Origin: Candidatus Beckwithbacteria bacterium GW2011_GWC1_49_16
Lineage (GTDB): Bacteria > Patescibacteriota > Microgenomatia > UBA1400 > CG1-02-47-37
Direction of reading: 5' to 3'
Length of the DNA: 64,000 nt
Assembly (NCBI GenBank): GCA_001029675.1
Contig: CP011210.1
Location: 453,663 to 517,662, forward strand
This document shows, piece after piece, positions 16,023 through 23,978 of this stretch. The notes below the pieces were generated by a model, which worked only from the letters and a program-made list of their open reading frames with translations, did no database searches and had not been told where the DNA came from. Position 1 is the stretch's first letter, and each line of letters opens with the position of its first letter. Position numbers and translations under genes: made by a program.

Positions 16023-19000
16023 ATGTTAACTCAAGAAACAAAACGAAAAATAGATTCAGCCAGAGATATCCTGGTTGGTAAAGTTCCTGATCCTAAAGCT
16101 CAAGTTGAACAAATTACAACAGCCATGATCTATAAATTCATGGATGATATGGATAAAGATGCTGTGGAACTTGGAGGCAAAGCTCGCTTCTTTACTAATG
16201 GATTTGAAAAATATGCTTGGAGCAAACTTTTAGATTCTAGATTGGGTGGACACGAACGATTAGACCTTTACGCTGAAGCCATAGTACAGATGTCCAGTAA
16301 TCCCCATATTCCCCAATTATTTAGGGATATTTTTAAGGACGCATTTCTACCATATCGTAGTCCGGAAACATTGAGCTTATTCCTTAAGGAGATCAACAGT
16401 TTTACATACGATCATAGTGAGGATTTAGGTGATGCTTTTGAGTATCTACTTTCTATCATGGGTTCCCAAGGAGATGCTGGGCAGTTTCGTACTCCACGTC
16501 ACATAATCGATTTTATAGTAGCTGTAGTTGATCCCAAAAAAGACGATTCAATTTTGGACCCTGCTTGTGGAACTGCTGGATTTTTAATCTCTGCATATAA
16601 ACACATTCTCAAACAACACGATGGTAGGGATGATCCGAAACATAAAGAAAAACCGTTAACACCTGACGACAAAAAGCGATTAATGAACAATCTTTTCGGC
16701 TACGATATTAGTCCTGACATGGTTAAGCTCTCCAAAGTAAACATGTACCTGCATGGCTTTGCTGAACCCAAGATTTTTGAATATGACACTCTTTCTAGCG
16801 ATGAAAAATGGGACGAGACATATGACGTAATTATGGCAAACCCACCATTTATGACTCCAAAAGGCGGCATACGCCCACACAAGCGGTTCAGCGTACAAGC
16901 AAATCGTGCCGAAGTGCTGTTTGTGGATTATATTAAAGAACACCTACGGCCGAATGGTCGAGCGGGAATTATTGTACCTGAGGGGATCATTTTTCAGTCA
17001 GGCAATGCATATAAACAACTCCGTAAAATGTTAGTTGAAGATGGTCTGTTTGCGGTAGTTTCATTACCTAATGGAATATTCAATCCTTACTCTGGGGTAA
17101 AGACAAGTATTTTGTTTTTTGATAATGTGTTAGCAAAAAGAACAAATGAAATATTGTTCGTAAAAATTGACAGCGATGGATTTGACCTCGGAGCTCAAAG
17201 AAGGAAAATTGAAAGTAATGACCTCACTGCCGCCCTGATAATTTTGAAGAAATATATAGAGGACCCCAACACTACTCTCCTAATCGAAGTAAAAAACTTA
17301 GCCACCTTGGTTTCAAAAACAAGAATTTCTGAGAAGGGTGATTATAACTTGAGTAGTGATGAATACAAACAAACCGAAGTAATAAGCAACAAGAGATGGC
17401 CAATGAAGGAATTGGGAAGTTTATTCGAAATGATAAACGGGAGAGCATTTAAAAAAGAAGAATGGAAAACCAACGGAACGCCCATTATCCGAATAGCAAA
17501 TCTCAATGACAATAATGCTGAATTCAATTATTTTGAAGGAAATTGTGATGATAAAATTATTGTCAAAAATGGCGACCTACTTTTTTCCTGGTCAGGAACT
17601 CGTGGCACTTCATTCGGCCCACATATATGGAATAGAGGCAAGGGTGTTCTTAATCAACACATATATAAATTTCAACCCTTACAAGGAGATATAGATATTG
17701 CTTTTGCTTATCTTGTTATAAAAATAATTGTTCCCGAGATCGAAGCCCAAGCTCATGGTGCTGGGGGTCTGGTACATATTACGAAAGAAAAACTTAAACA
17801 TTTTAGAATTCCTGTTCCACCACTTCCTGTTCAAAAGCAAATAGTTGAACAAATTGAAGGTTATCAAAAGATCATTGAGGGAGCAAAACAAGTTGTAAAA
17901 AATTGGAAACCAATAACTGATATCAATCCTGATTGGGAAACAGCACTGATCCAGGATCTTTGTACTTTGGTGCGTGGTAGTTCACCTAGGCCTAAAGGAG
18001 ATAAACGGTATTACGATGGAAAAATCCCCAGACTGATGGTCTCAGACGTAACTAGAGATGGCATGTATACAACTCCCCAAACTGATTCGCTTACAGAAGA
18101 AGGATCTAAGCTTAGTCGTCCAATGAAAAAGGGTGAAGTTGTAATGGCTGTAAGCGGTAATCCAGGGTTGCCAACAATTCTTACAGTTGACGCATGTATC
18201 CATGACGGTTTTGTCGGATTTAGAAAGCTGTCCAGTAAAATAATTCCAGAATTTCTATATTTTATACTTTTGCGCCAAAAGGATGAAAATAACTCTCGAT
18301 CAGTTGGTGCAGTATTTAAAAATCTAACTACAGACCAAATAAAGAAGTTTAAGATTCCTGTCCCCCCTATCAATATCCAACTTGAATTAGTTGAACAAAT
18401 AACCCAAGAGCGTCAGGTTGTTGGTGCCAATGAAGAAATCATCAGAGAGTATGAGGCTAAAATTCAGAACGAGATAAAGGATGTTAATGATGGAAAAGCA
18501 CACTCTCCCCTAAGTAAGAATCAAAATGAACTAATTAAACAGCTTAAGGACGACTTTGAGTCAATTGAGTCAGAAGTTATTAGGATGATGGGCAACAAGG
18601 AGATATTCAAAGAGATTATTGAGATCTCTAAAAGAAATAGCCAGATAAATAAGGGTAACTCCCTGTGGGACTTTCTAAAAGAAAGTTATGTTGCACTAAT
18701 GGTGTCTGCGGTTTGTAGGCAAATTGATACAGACGAACGTTCGTCTAGCTTGGTAAATCTTTTAAGAACAATTCTTTTTAACCCGACAGTTATCCAGAGC
18801 TTAAACAAGGACTGGTATAGCGAACAATATCATCGCGATAACGACATCTTTCCAGGTTTCATGGAAGGAATCGGGAAGGGTGATTTTGAGGAACACTTTG
18901 GTTCAAAAGAATATGTAGATCCAGCTATCGTTTACATGGATCTAAAGAAGCTAGAGGAAGATACAAAAGAAATAAAGAAATACCGCAATAAAAGAATTGC

Positions 19001-19184
19001 CCATTTTGATAAAAAGGAATCACTTTTCAAAGCAAATTATGATGATTTGCATAAAGCAGTAGAAACTGTACGATCAATCGCAAGTAAATATTACTTACTG
19101 CTTAAACAGGGTGGCAATGATCTTATTCCGTCTGATCAAACCGATTGGCAGGAGATACTAACAATTCCCTGGATCAAAAAATAA
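16023..19184 (+). CDS. hsdMS: type I R-M HsdM-HsdS fusion with a C-terminal HEPN/Abi-like domain
   Basis: 1053 aa. The N-terminus is an N6-adenine MTase (DPACGTAGFL motif I; MANPPF motif IV). Two HsdS target-recognition domains follow (LGSLFEMINGRAFKKEEW...NQHIYKF; LCTLVRGSSPRP...FILLRQK) around a central conserved helix. The extra C-terminal domain of about 250 aa contains RNKRIAHFD (R-x5-H). Confidence 0.8.
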   Translation: MLTQETKRKIDSARDILVGKVPDPKAQVEQITTAMIYKFMDDMDKDAVELGGKARFFTNGFEKYAWSKLLDSRLGGHERLDLYAEAIVQMSSNPHIPQLFRDIFKDAFLPYRSPETLSLFLKEINSFTYDHSEDLGDAFEYLLSIMGSQGDAGQFRTPRHIIDFIVAVVDPKKDDSILDPACGTAGFLISAYKHILKQHDGRDDPKHKEKPLTPDDKKRLMNNLFGYDISPDMVKLSKVNMYLHGFAEPKIFEYDTLSSDEKWDETYDVIMANPPFMTPKGGIRPHKRFSVQANRAEVLFVDYIKEHLRPNGRAGIIVPEGIIFQSGNAYKQLRKMLVEDGLFAVVSLPNGIFNPYSGVKTSILFFDNVLAKRTNEILFVKIDSDGFDLGAQRRKIESNDLTAALIILKKYIEDPNTTLLIEVKNLATLVSKTRISEKGDYNLSSDEYKQTEVISNKRWPMKELGSLFEMINGRAFKKEEWKTNGTPIIRIANLNDNNAEFNYFEGNCDDKIIVKNGDLLFSWSGTRGTSFGPHIWNRGKGVLNQHIYKFQPLQGDIDIAFAYLVIKIIVPEIEAQAHGAGGLVHITKEKLKHFRIPVPPLPVQKQIVEQIEGYQKIIEGAKQVVKNWKPITDINPDWETALIQDLCTLVRGSSPRPKGDKRYYDGKIPRLMVSDVTRDGMYTTPQTDSLTEEGSKLSRPMKKGEVVMAVSGNPGLPTILTVDACIHDGFVGFRKLSSKIIPEFLYFILLRQKDENNSRSVGAVFKNLTTDQIKKFKIPVPPINIQLELVEQITQERQVVGANEEIIREYEAKIQNEIKDVNDGKAHSPLSKNQNELIKQLKDDFESIESEVIRMMGNKEIFKEIIEISKRNSQINKGNSLWDFLKESYVALMVSAVCRQIDTDERSSSLVNLLRTILFNPTVIQSLNKDWYSEQYHRDNDIFPGFMEGIGKGDFEEHFGSKEYVDPAIVYMDLKKLEEDTKEIKKYRNKRIAHFDKKESLFKANYDDLHKAVETVRSIASKYYLLLKQGGNDLIPSDQTDWQEILTIPWIKK

Positions 19185-19185
19185 T

Positions 19186-19833
19186 ATGTTGGGTCAAGAT
19201 GTGACTAATAATAACCAGATACAAACATTTATAAGTTCAAATCAATTATGGATTGGTATCGTTTTGGGTTGGCTGCTCACAAGAGTCATGGAGATGTTAC
19301 GTAAACCCTCTATAAGTTTTGGACCTGCTAACGATTCTGAATTCGTTAGAGGGAATAAAAAATTTAAGTTTATAAATGTCACAGTTAAAAACGCTAAGCA
19401 AAATTTTCTGAAGAAATTTTTCTTCGGTAATCCAAGCTTAAATAATGCAAGAGTTTGGGTATCTTTTAAAGACTTTACATCTAACATTGAAATATTAAAA
19501 ATAAATGGTAGATGGGCTTCGACTAAGGAACCTGTAGATTACAGCTCAGGACAACCATTAATTGCAGAGATTCTTCTTCCTTCCCGAGATACGATTCCAC
19601 AAGGAGAAGAAGCCAATATATCAATAGCTATAAAGGAGTCTACAGAAGATTCTTTTTTTGCCTTCAACAATGATAGTTACTTGTACAACTGGAAAAATCC
19701 AGATTTTGAGCTTAAAGATAATAAATATTGGTTAGAAATACGTCTTCTGGCTGATGGAAATGAATATATTGGAAAATTTTTGTTTTCCAATCCATCAAAA
19801 AGTCTTAAAAACTTTAAGATTCACGAATCATAA
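19186..19833 (+). CDS. hypothetical protein trailing the R-M operon
   Basis: 215 aa. It starts 2 nt after the hsdMS stop and has one N-terminal hydrophobic helix. The region is AT-rich. Confidence 0.45.
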   Translation: MLGQDVTNNNQIQTFISSNQLWIGIVLGWLLTRVMEMLRKPSISFGPANDSEFVRGNKKFKFINVTVKNAKQNFLKKFFFGNPSLNNARVWVSFKDFTSNIEILKINGRWASTKEPVDYSSGQPLIAEILLPSRDTIPQGEEANISIAIKESTEDSFFAFNNDSYLYNWKNPDFELKDNKYWLEIRLLADGNEYIGKFLFSNPSKSLKNFKIHES

Positions 19834-19924
19834 TAATTACGGCTTATACTCATCAACCACGCCGTAAAGCAATTTGAAGAGTAACCCCTTTTGAGCCTAG
19901 ACTTCCACGACCCTTCCCGGTACC

Positions 19925-21280
19925 TTGTACCCTGAAATGAGTACAACATACAACCAAAATACGACGATAGAGCCACCAAAAATCGAATATTGCCTCTATG
20001 CACGAAAATCTTCGGAATCTGATGAACGTCAGGCAATGTCCATCGATTCTCAAATCGACGAAATGCTGACTCTGGCTAAGAGAGATAATCTCAAAATTAA
20101 GGAGGTTAAGAAAGAAAGTCATTCAGCCAAAATGTCTGGCTCCAGGCCAGTGTTTACTCAACTTCTTCAAGAACTACGCCAAAAGAAATTTAATGGGATT
20201 CTCACTTGGGCTCCTGACAGATTAAGTAGAAATGCTGGCGATTTGGGATCTGTAGTTGATCTTATGGATCAGGGAAAGCTAATAAAAATTCAAACCTACT
20301 CACAGAGCTTCTCGAATAGCCCAAACGAGAAATTCTTACTCATGATTCTCTGCTCTCAAGCAAAGCTTGAAAACGACAACAAAGGTCTAAATGTCCAACG
20401 AGGACTACGAACTAAGTGTGCGATGGGCTGGAGACCCAGCATAGCCCCCGCAGGATACCTTAATCAGGCTGGCGATGGTCATAAGGATGAACTCATCATT
20501 CTCGATCCCGAACGATCATCTTTCATTGCTCAAATGTTCGAAAGAGTTGGGCATCAAGGCCATAGTGGTCGAGCGATTAAGAATTGGCTTGATAGGATAG
20601 GATTCACAACCAGATTAGGAAACAAGATGCCACTAAGCAAAGTCTACTCAACACTTAATAACCCCTTTTACTATGGAGAATTTGAATTCCCAGTCGGCAG
20701 TGGAACTTGGTATCAAGGAAAACATAAACCCTTGGTTACAAAAGAATTATTCGACAAGGTTCAAGAAGTCCTCATGGTTCCACCCAAAAGTTATCACAAC
20801 AAGATATTTCCATTTAAGAGTATCTTTCGGTGTGGGGGTTGCGGAGGTGGAGTAACGGCTGAAGAAAAAATCAGAAAATTAAAACACGGCGGGTATGCCA
20901 AACATACCTATTATCACTGCGGCAGATCTCTCAATTATGAATGTGACGAGCCATATATTACAGAAGATGACTTAGTAAAACAGTTAATTGCTAATATCGA
21001 TAAAATCAAATTTAATCATACGGGGGTAACAAGAAAAATTCAGGAAGATATTGAACGGTACCACAGACTCAAAACTCAAGTACTTCATCAGGAATTTATA
21101 GATGGACACTTAGCTGAATTTAACAGAATTCCCCAGACTTCAGCTGATAAAAATGAAATGACCAAAAACTATCTATTACACATCTTGCAGATCGGAACAG
21201 CTGAGGAGCGACAGGAAGCTCTCTCATTCATTAAAACAAAATTTATTCTGTCAAAAAGAGCAATAACAATACAAAAATAG
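19925..21280 (+). CDS. large serine recombinase (integrase type)
   Basis: 451 aa. It has a resolvase catalytic N-domain (YCLYARKSSESDERQAMSIDSQ), a recombinase domain, and a zinc ribbon (CGGCGG...HCGRS...C). It lies next to the tRNA-Glu 3' end. Confidence 0.85.
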   Translation: MYPEMSTTYNQNTTIEPPKIEYCLYARKSSESDERQAMSIDSQIDEMLTLAKRDNLKIKEVKKESHSAKMSGSRPVFTQLLQELRQKKFNGILTWAPDRLSRNAGDLGSVVDLMDQGKLIKIQTYSQSFSNSPNEKFLLMILCSQAKLENDNKGLNVQRGLRTKCAMGWRPSIAPAGYLNQAGDGHKDELIILDPERSSFIAQMFERVGHQGHSGRAIKNWLDRIGFTTRLGNKMPLSKVYSTLNNPFYYGEFEFPVGSGTWYQGKHKPLVTKELFDKVQEVLMVPPKSYHNKIFPFKSIFRCGGCGGGVTAEEKIRKLKHGGYAKHTYYHCGRSLNYECDEPYITEDDLVKQLIANIDKIKFNHTGVTRKIQEDIERYHRLKTQVLHQEFIDGHLAEFNRIPQTSADKNEMTKNYLLHILQIGTAEERQEALSFIKTKFILSKRAITIQK

Positions 21281-21455
21281 CCTCAACACCAAGACTGGTG
21301 TTCTTCTCGTGGCTTAAATGCAGGGGAAAAATAGAGGGAAATCTGTGTATTACAGGATCTAAAACGACATTTCGAACAATTCGATCAAAGATTAGCAAGC
21401 AACATCGGGCTTTTCAGCGCAGGCCAACGGGTCGCGCTGAACCTTACGATATATG

Positions 21456-21527
21456 TGACCCCACAGGGAATCGAACCCTGGTTTTCAGGATGAAAACCTG
21501 ATGTCCTAACCGCTAGACGATGGGGCC
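21456..21527 (-). tRNA. tRNA-Glu (UUC)
   Basis: Cloverleaf folded by hand from the reverse complement: GGCCCCA/TGGGGTC acceptor, TCAGG-TTTTCAT-CCTGA anticodon arm (anticodon TTC), T-loop TTCGATT. 72 nt with no encoded CCA. Confidence 0.85.
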
Positions 21528-21556
21528 CTTCGGCAAGCTCAGGGCTAAAGCCCTGG

Positions 21557-21628
21557 TGAGCCCGGAAGGGATCGAACCTTCGACGCACAGATTAAAAGTC
21601 TGTCGCTCTACCACTGAGCTACGGGCCC
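21557..21628 (-). tRNA. tRNA-Lys (UUU)
   Basis: The reverse complement GGGCCCGTAGCTCAGTGGTAGAGCGACAGACTTTTAATCTGTGCGTCGAAGGTTCGATCCCTTCCGGGCTCA folds as a tRNA with anticodon loop CTTTTAA. 72 nt. Confidence 0.85.
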
Positions 21629-21736
21629 GCAAACTTCAAGTATTTTATCAAATAATTGATGCTACCAGCAAATGGGAAATTTTACTTTTAAAACCTATCG
21701 GAATTCAAGACGATCGTTGCGGGCTGGGAGAGGTTA

Positions 21737-22000
21737 TTATGGTTTTCTTGGACCAAAAAGAACGAAGCTTGTGCCGTAGTTGGTTTTGTCATCTGGATCG
21801 CGAAGGCTAATCCAGCCGGCTTGGGCTTCCCGCCAAAATTCCGGATAACGCTCAATCCATTCTTGACGATCGAGTAGGGTGATTTTTTCTTCGTCAGGGG
21901 CGGTTAGCTCGGTAACGGTGCTTTTAAGTTGGGCAATGAAGCTTTTGGCAAAAGGAATGGCTAAAACGCCTGCCTCGCCTAACTTCCTTAATTGACCCAA
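21737..22000 (-). CDS. hypothetical small protein (cassette cargo)
   Basis: 87-aa ORF downstream of the ATPase gene inside the repeat-bounded cassette. No motif recognised. Confidence 0.35.
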   Translation of the reverse strand: MGQLRKLGEAGVLAIPFAKSFIAQLKSTVTELTAPDEEKITLLDRQEWIERYPEFWREAQAGWISLRDPDDKTNYGTSFVLFGPRKP

Positions 22001-22078
22001 AGTAAACTTTTTTGGATTGTCGAATATTTAGGTTGAGTCCTCTGGCTGTTTCATCCTTGTATGACAAACTAATTTCTT

Positions 22079-23413
22079 TCAATACACCTTCCATACTCTT
22101 TTAGAGCCCACAGAGATATCGAATTTCCCAACTGCCACTGGCTGGTCGAGCATAACTATATGTCTGACTTCAGGGTTATACCAATAGCTTTTGTTCAGAG
22201 TGCCGCTGTAAACAAAGTAAGCAATACCTAGCTGTTGGAACAGGCTTTCCGTCATGTAGCCCACCATGGCCGGGTTTTCTACCTCGTCAAAGTGAGCATG
22301 GGCGTGAATTAAGAAAGAGTTGTTTTTTTTACTAAAAACTGGAATACCTAATAAACCCTGTTGATAAGCATAGACAAAGTTATCCCCGGCCTTCTCGATG
22401 CCATAATATTCGTTGTCCAGGTAATTAACCCCGGTGCTAATAAAATTGTTTCTATCAGAATGCCAAATACTCACTTTTCTCATTTCCATCTCAAACATCT
22501 TAGACCTGTTTTCTGGAGTGTAGTAGGCGTACGGACCAATTACCCCAAGGACTCGTCTAAAGATGTAATCGGAGATGTTTGGGGCAAAGACGTCGATTTC
22601 TGCTGGTCCATCAGATTGAAGTATCTCGTCATAAATTTTATAACTTTCCGGCGCCACAAATACAGGATCCTCGTGCACTACTCCTTTGTTTTTTAATCGT
22701 TCTTGCTCGAGCACAGCGCCAGAGAGGTAATCGCCAAATTTCTTCCCTCTAATACTGTAAAATACATCCCGAAGTTGTTCGACCTTATCTAAAACATCTT
22801 GAGGAATCAGTTCGTATGACAAATATTTGAAAGGTTTGGTTTCTCTTCCTAGGTTATTTTTTAGGTATCTGCCGGCGATAAAAACAACCATATCTTCGGT
22901 TACCCCTGACCAACTAAGCATTGTGGCCAGGGTGGGAATTCCAAGCGAGTACCGATGGACCGTATCTCGTGATAAAGACGACTCGCCTTCTAGGTATGCC
23001 CTGTCTAAAAATTGGTCCATTTCTGTCTCAGTCATCCCTTTTAAGGTACGATGATGGATTTTAAATTTCTCCTGTCGAGCTAGTTTTTTTAAATTTTTAT
23101 CATAAACAGAGTCGTTTTGAAAACTTAGCGGCCTTCCTGTAAAGATAGCCCTTGTGTGATTTGAAAGTTCTTTAATTGCGTCTTGATTGTAATAGGTTAT
23201 ATCGTCCTCGGAGAAAAAGTAGACCTCAGACTGGTGGGTTATTTGTTGTAAGTGGTTGACTAGAGTAGTTTTGCCAATCCCTCTAAAGCCCTCAATAATC
23301 ACCAGTTGTTTGTTGTCTGTGGGGGAATTTTGGAAAATATCAAGCACGGCTACTGCCAATTCCTTTTGGCTAGTTGTCAGCTCGATCGGTGATTGATGAA
23401 GCAGGTCTTTCAT
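22079..23413 (-). CDS. P-loop ATPase (AAA / Arch-ATPase-like) with an uncharacterised C-terminal domain
   Basis: 444 aa. It has a Walker A (IIEGFRGIGKTTLVNHL) and a Walker-B-like hydrophobic-strand-D segment. Cassette cargo. Confidence 0.6.
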   Translation of the reverse strand: MKDLLHQSPIELTTSQKELAVAVLDIFQNSPTDNKQLVIIEGFRGIGKTTLVNHLQQITHQSEVYFFSEDDITYYNQDAIKELSNHTRAIFTGRPLSFQNDSVYDKNLKKLARQEKFKIHHRTLKGMTETEMDQFLDRAYLEGESSLSRDTVHRYSLGIPTLATMLSWSGVTEDMVVFIAGRYLKNNLGRETKPFKYLSYELIPQDVLDKVEQLRDVFYSIRGKKFGDYLSGAVLEQERLKNKGVVHEDPVFVAPESYKIYDEILQSDGPAEIDVFAPNISDYIFRRVLGVIGPYAYYTPENRSKMFEMEMRKVSIWHSDRNNFISTGVNYLDNEYYGIEKAGDNFVYAYQQGLLGIPVFSKKNNSFLIHAHAHFDEVENPAMVGYMTESLFQQLGIAYFVYSGTLNKSYWYNPEVRHIVMLDQPVAVGKFDISVGSKRVWKVY

Positions 23414-23523
23414 TAGACGTATTATAGGTCATTTAATAGGGAAAGCAATCCTTACAGGGATAAACCTTGAAGGTTATGAAGGTTAAGCAGATGGGAAATT
23501 ATAGTTTTAAAACCTATCAGAAT

Positions 23524-23964
23524 TTAAGACGATCGTTGAGAAACGGGAGAGGTTTTGGCGGCAGTTTTTGGTTTGGCTGCTTTGGGGGTAGCTTTGGCTT
23601 TGGGGGTAGGTTTAACGACGGCTTTGGTTTTAACGCGGGTGGCGTGGCGGCCGATGCGGGAGCGTAAGTAATTCAGCTTGGCGCGCTTGGGGTGGCCTTT
23701 TTTGACTACTTTGATCTTGGTGATGGATGGGGAAGCCAAGGGCCAGATTTTTTCCACACCGACAGCGTCGGCGGCGATTTTGCGGACGGTGAAGGTTTTA
23801 CCCATTCCCCTGCCCTTAATTCCCATGACTATGCCTTCGAAGGCCTGGGACTGGGTTTTGCCTGCCTCGCCTTTGGCCGGGTCGGCTTCGGTGAACTGGT
23901 GGGTGACTTTGATGGTGTCACCGACGCGAAAGCTGGTTTGATTGAATTTGGCGTAGAGTGCCAT
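23524..23964 (-). CDS. rplS: 50S ribosomal protein L19 with a Lys/Ala/Pro-rich C-terminal extension
   Basis: 146 aa. The core (FRVGDTIKVTHQFTEADPAKGEAGKTQSQAFEGIVMGIKGRGMGKTFTVRKIAADAVGVEKIWPLASPSITKIKVVKKGHPKRAKLNYLR) is L19-like. The tail is KPTPKAKATPKAAKPKTAAKTSPVSQRSS. Confidence 0.85.
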   Translation of the reverse strand: MALYAKFNQTSFRVGDTIKVTHQFTEADPAKGEAGKTQSQAFEGIVMGIKGRGMGKTFTVRKIAADAVGVEKIWPLASPSITKIKVVKKGHPKRAKLNYLRSRIGRHATRVKTKAVVKPTPKAKATPKAAKPKTAAKTSPVSQRSS

Positions 23965-23978
23965 ACCGAGGGATTATA

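Larger units (their letters stand above)
2039..21455. mobile_element. AT-rich integrated element / defence island (degraded prophage) next to tRNA-Glu
   Basis: A contiguous AT-rich block lies between GC-richer atpB-proximal DNA and the tRNA genes. It carries a large serine recombinase beside the tRNA-Glu 3' end. It also carries a LexA-like repressor divergent from ParB-MTase/terS/terL, and the R-M and CBASS cargo. No phage structural genes are present. Confidence 0.45.
21670..23553. mobile_element. cargo cassette inserted at the rplS 3' end, bounded by ~65-bp imperfect direct repeats (21670-21737 and 23489-23553)
   Basis: The repeat is a[a/g]ATGGGAAATT..TTTAAAACCTATC[G/A]GAATT[C/T]AAGACGATCGTTG......GGAGAGGTT. 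Both copies encode an rplS-like C-terminal peptide in the same frame: TSPVSQRSS-stop in the functional copy and TSPSPQRSS-stop in the relic. No recombinase lies inside the cassette. Confidence 0.55.

Noticed and set aside
21281-21455. Hairpin AACACC-AAGACT-GGTGTT (21287-21304) after the recombinase gene as attachment site or terminator
   Set aside because: The stem is only 6 bp and no U-tract or matching partner sequence occurs at the island's left border. Too weak to call.
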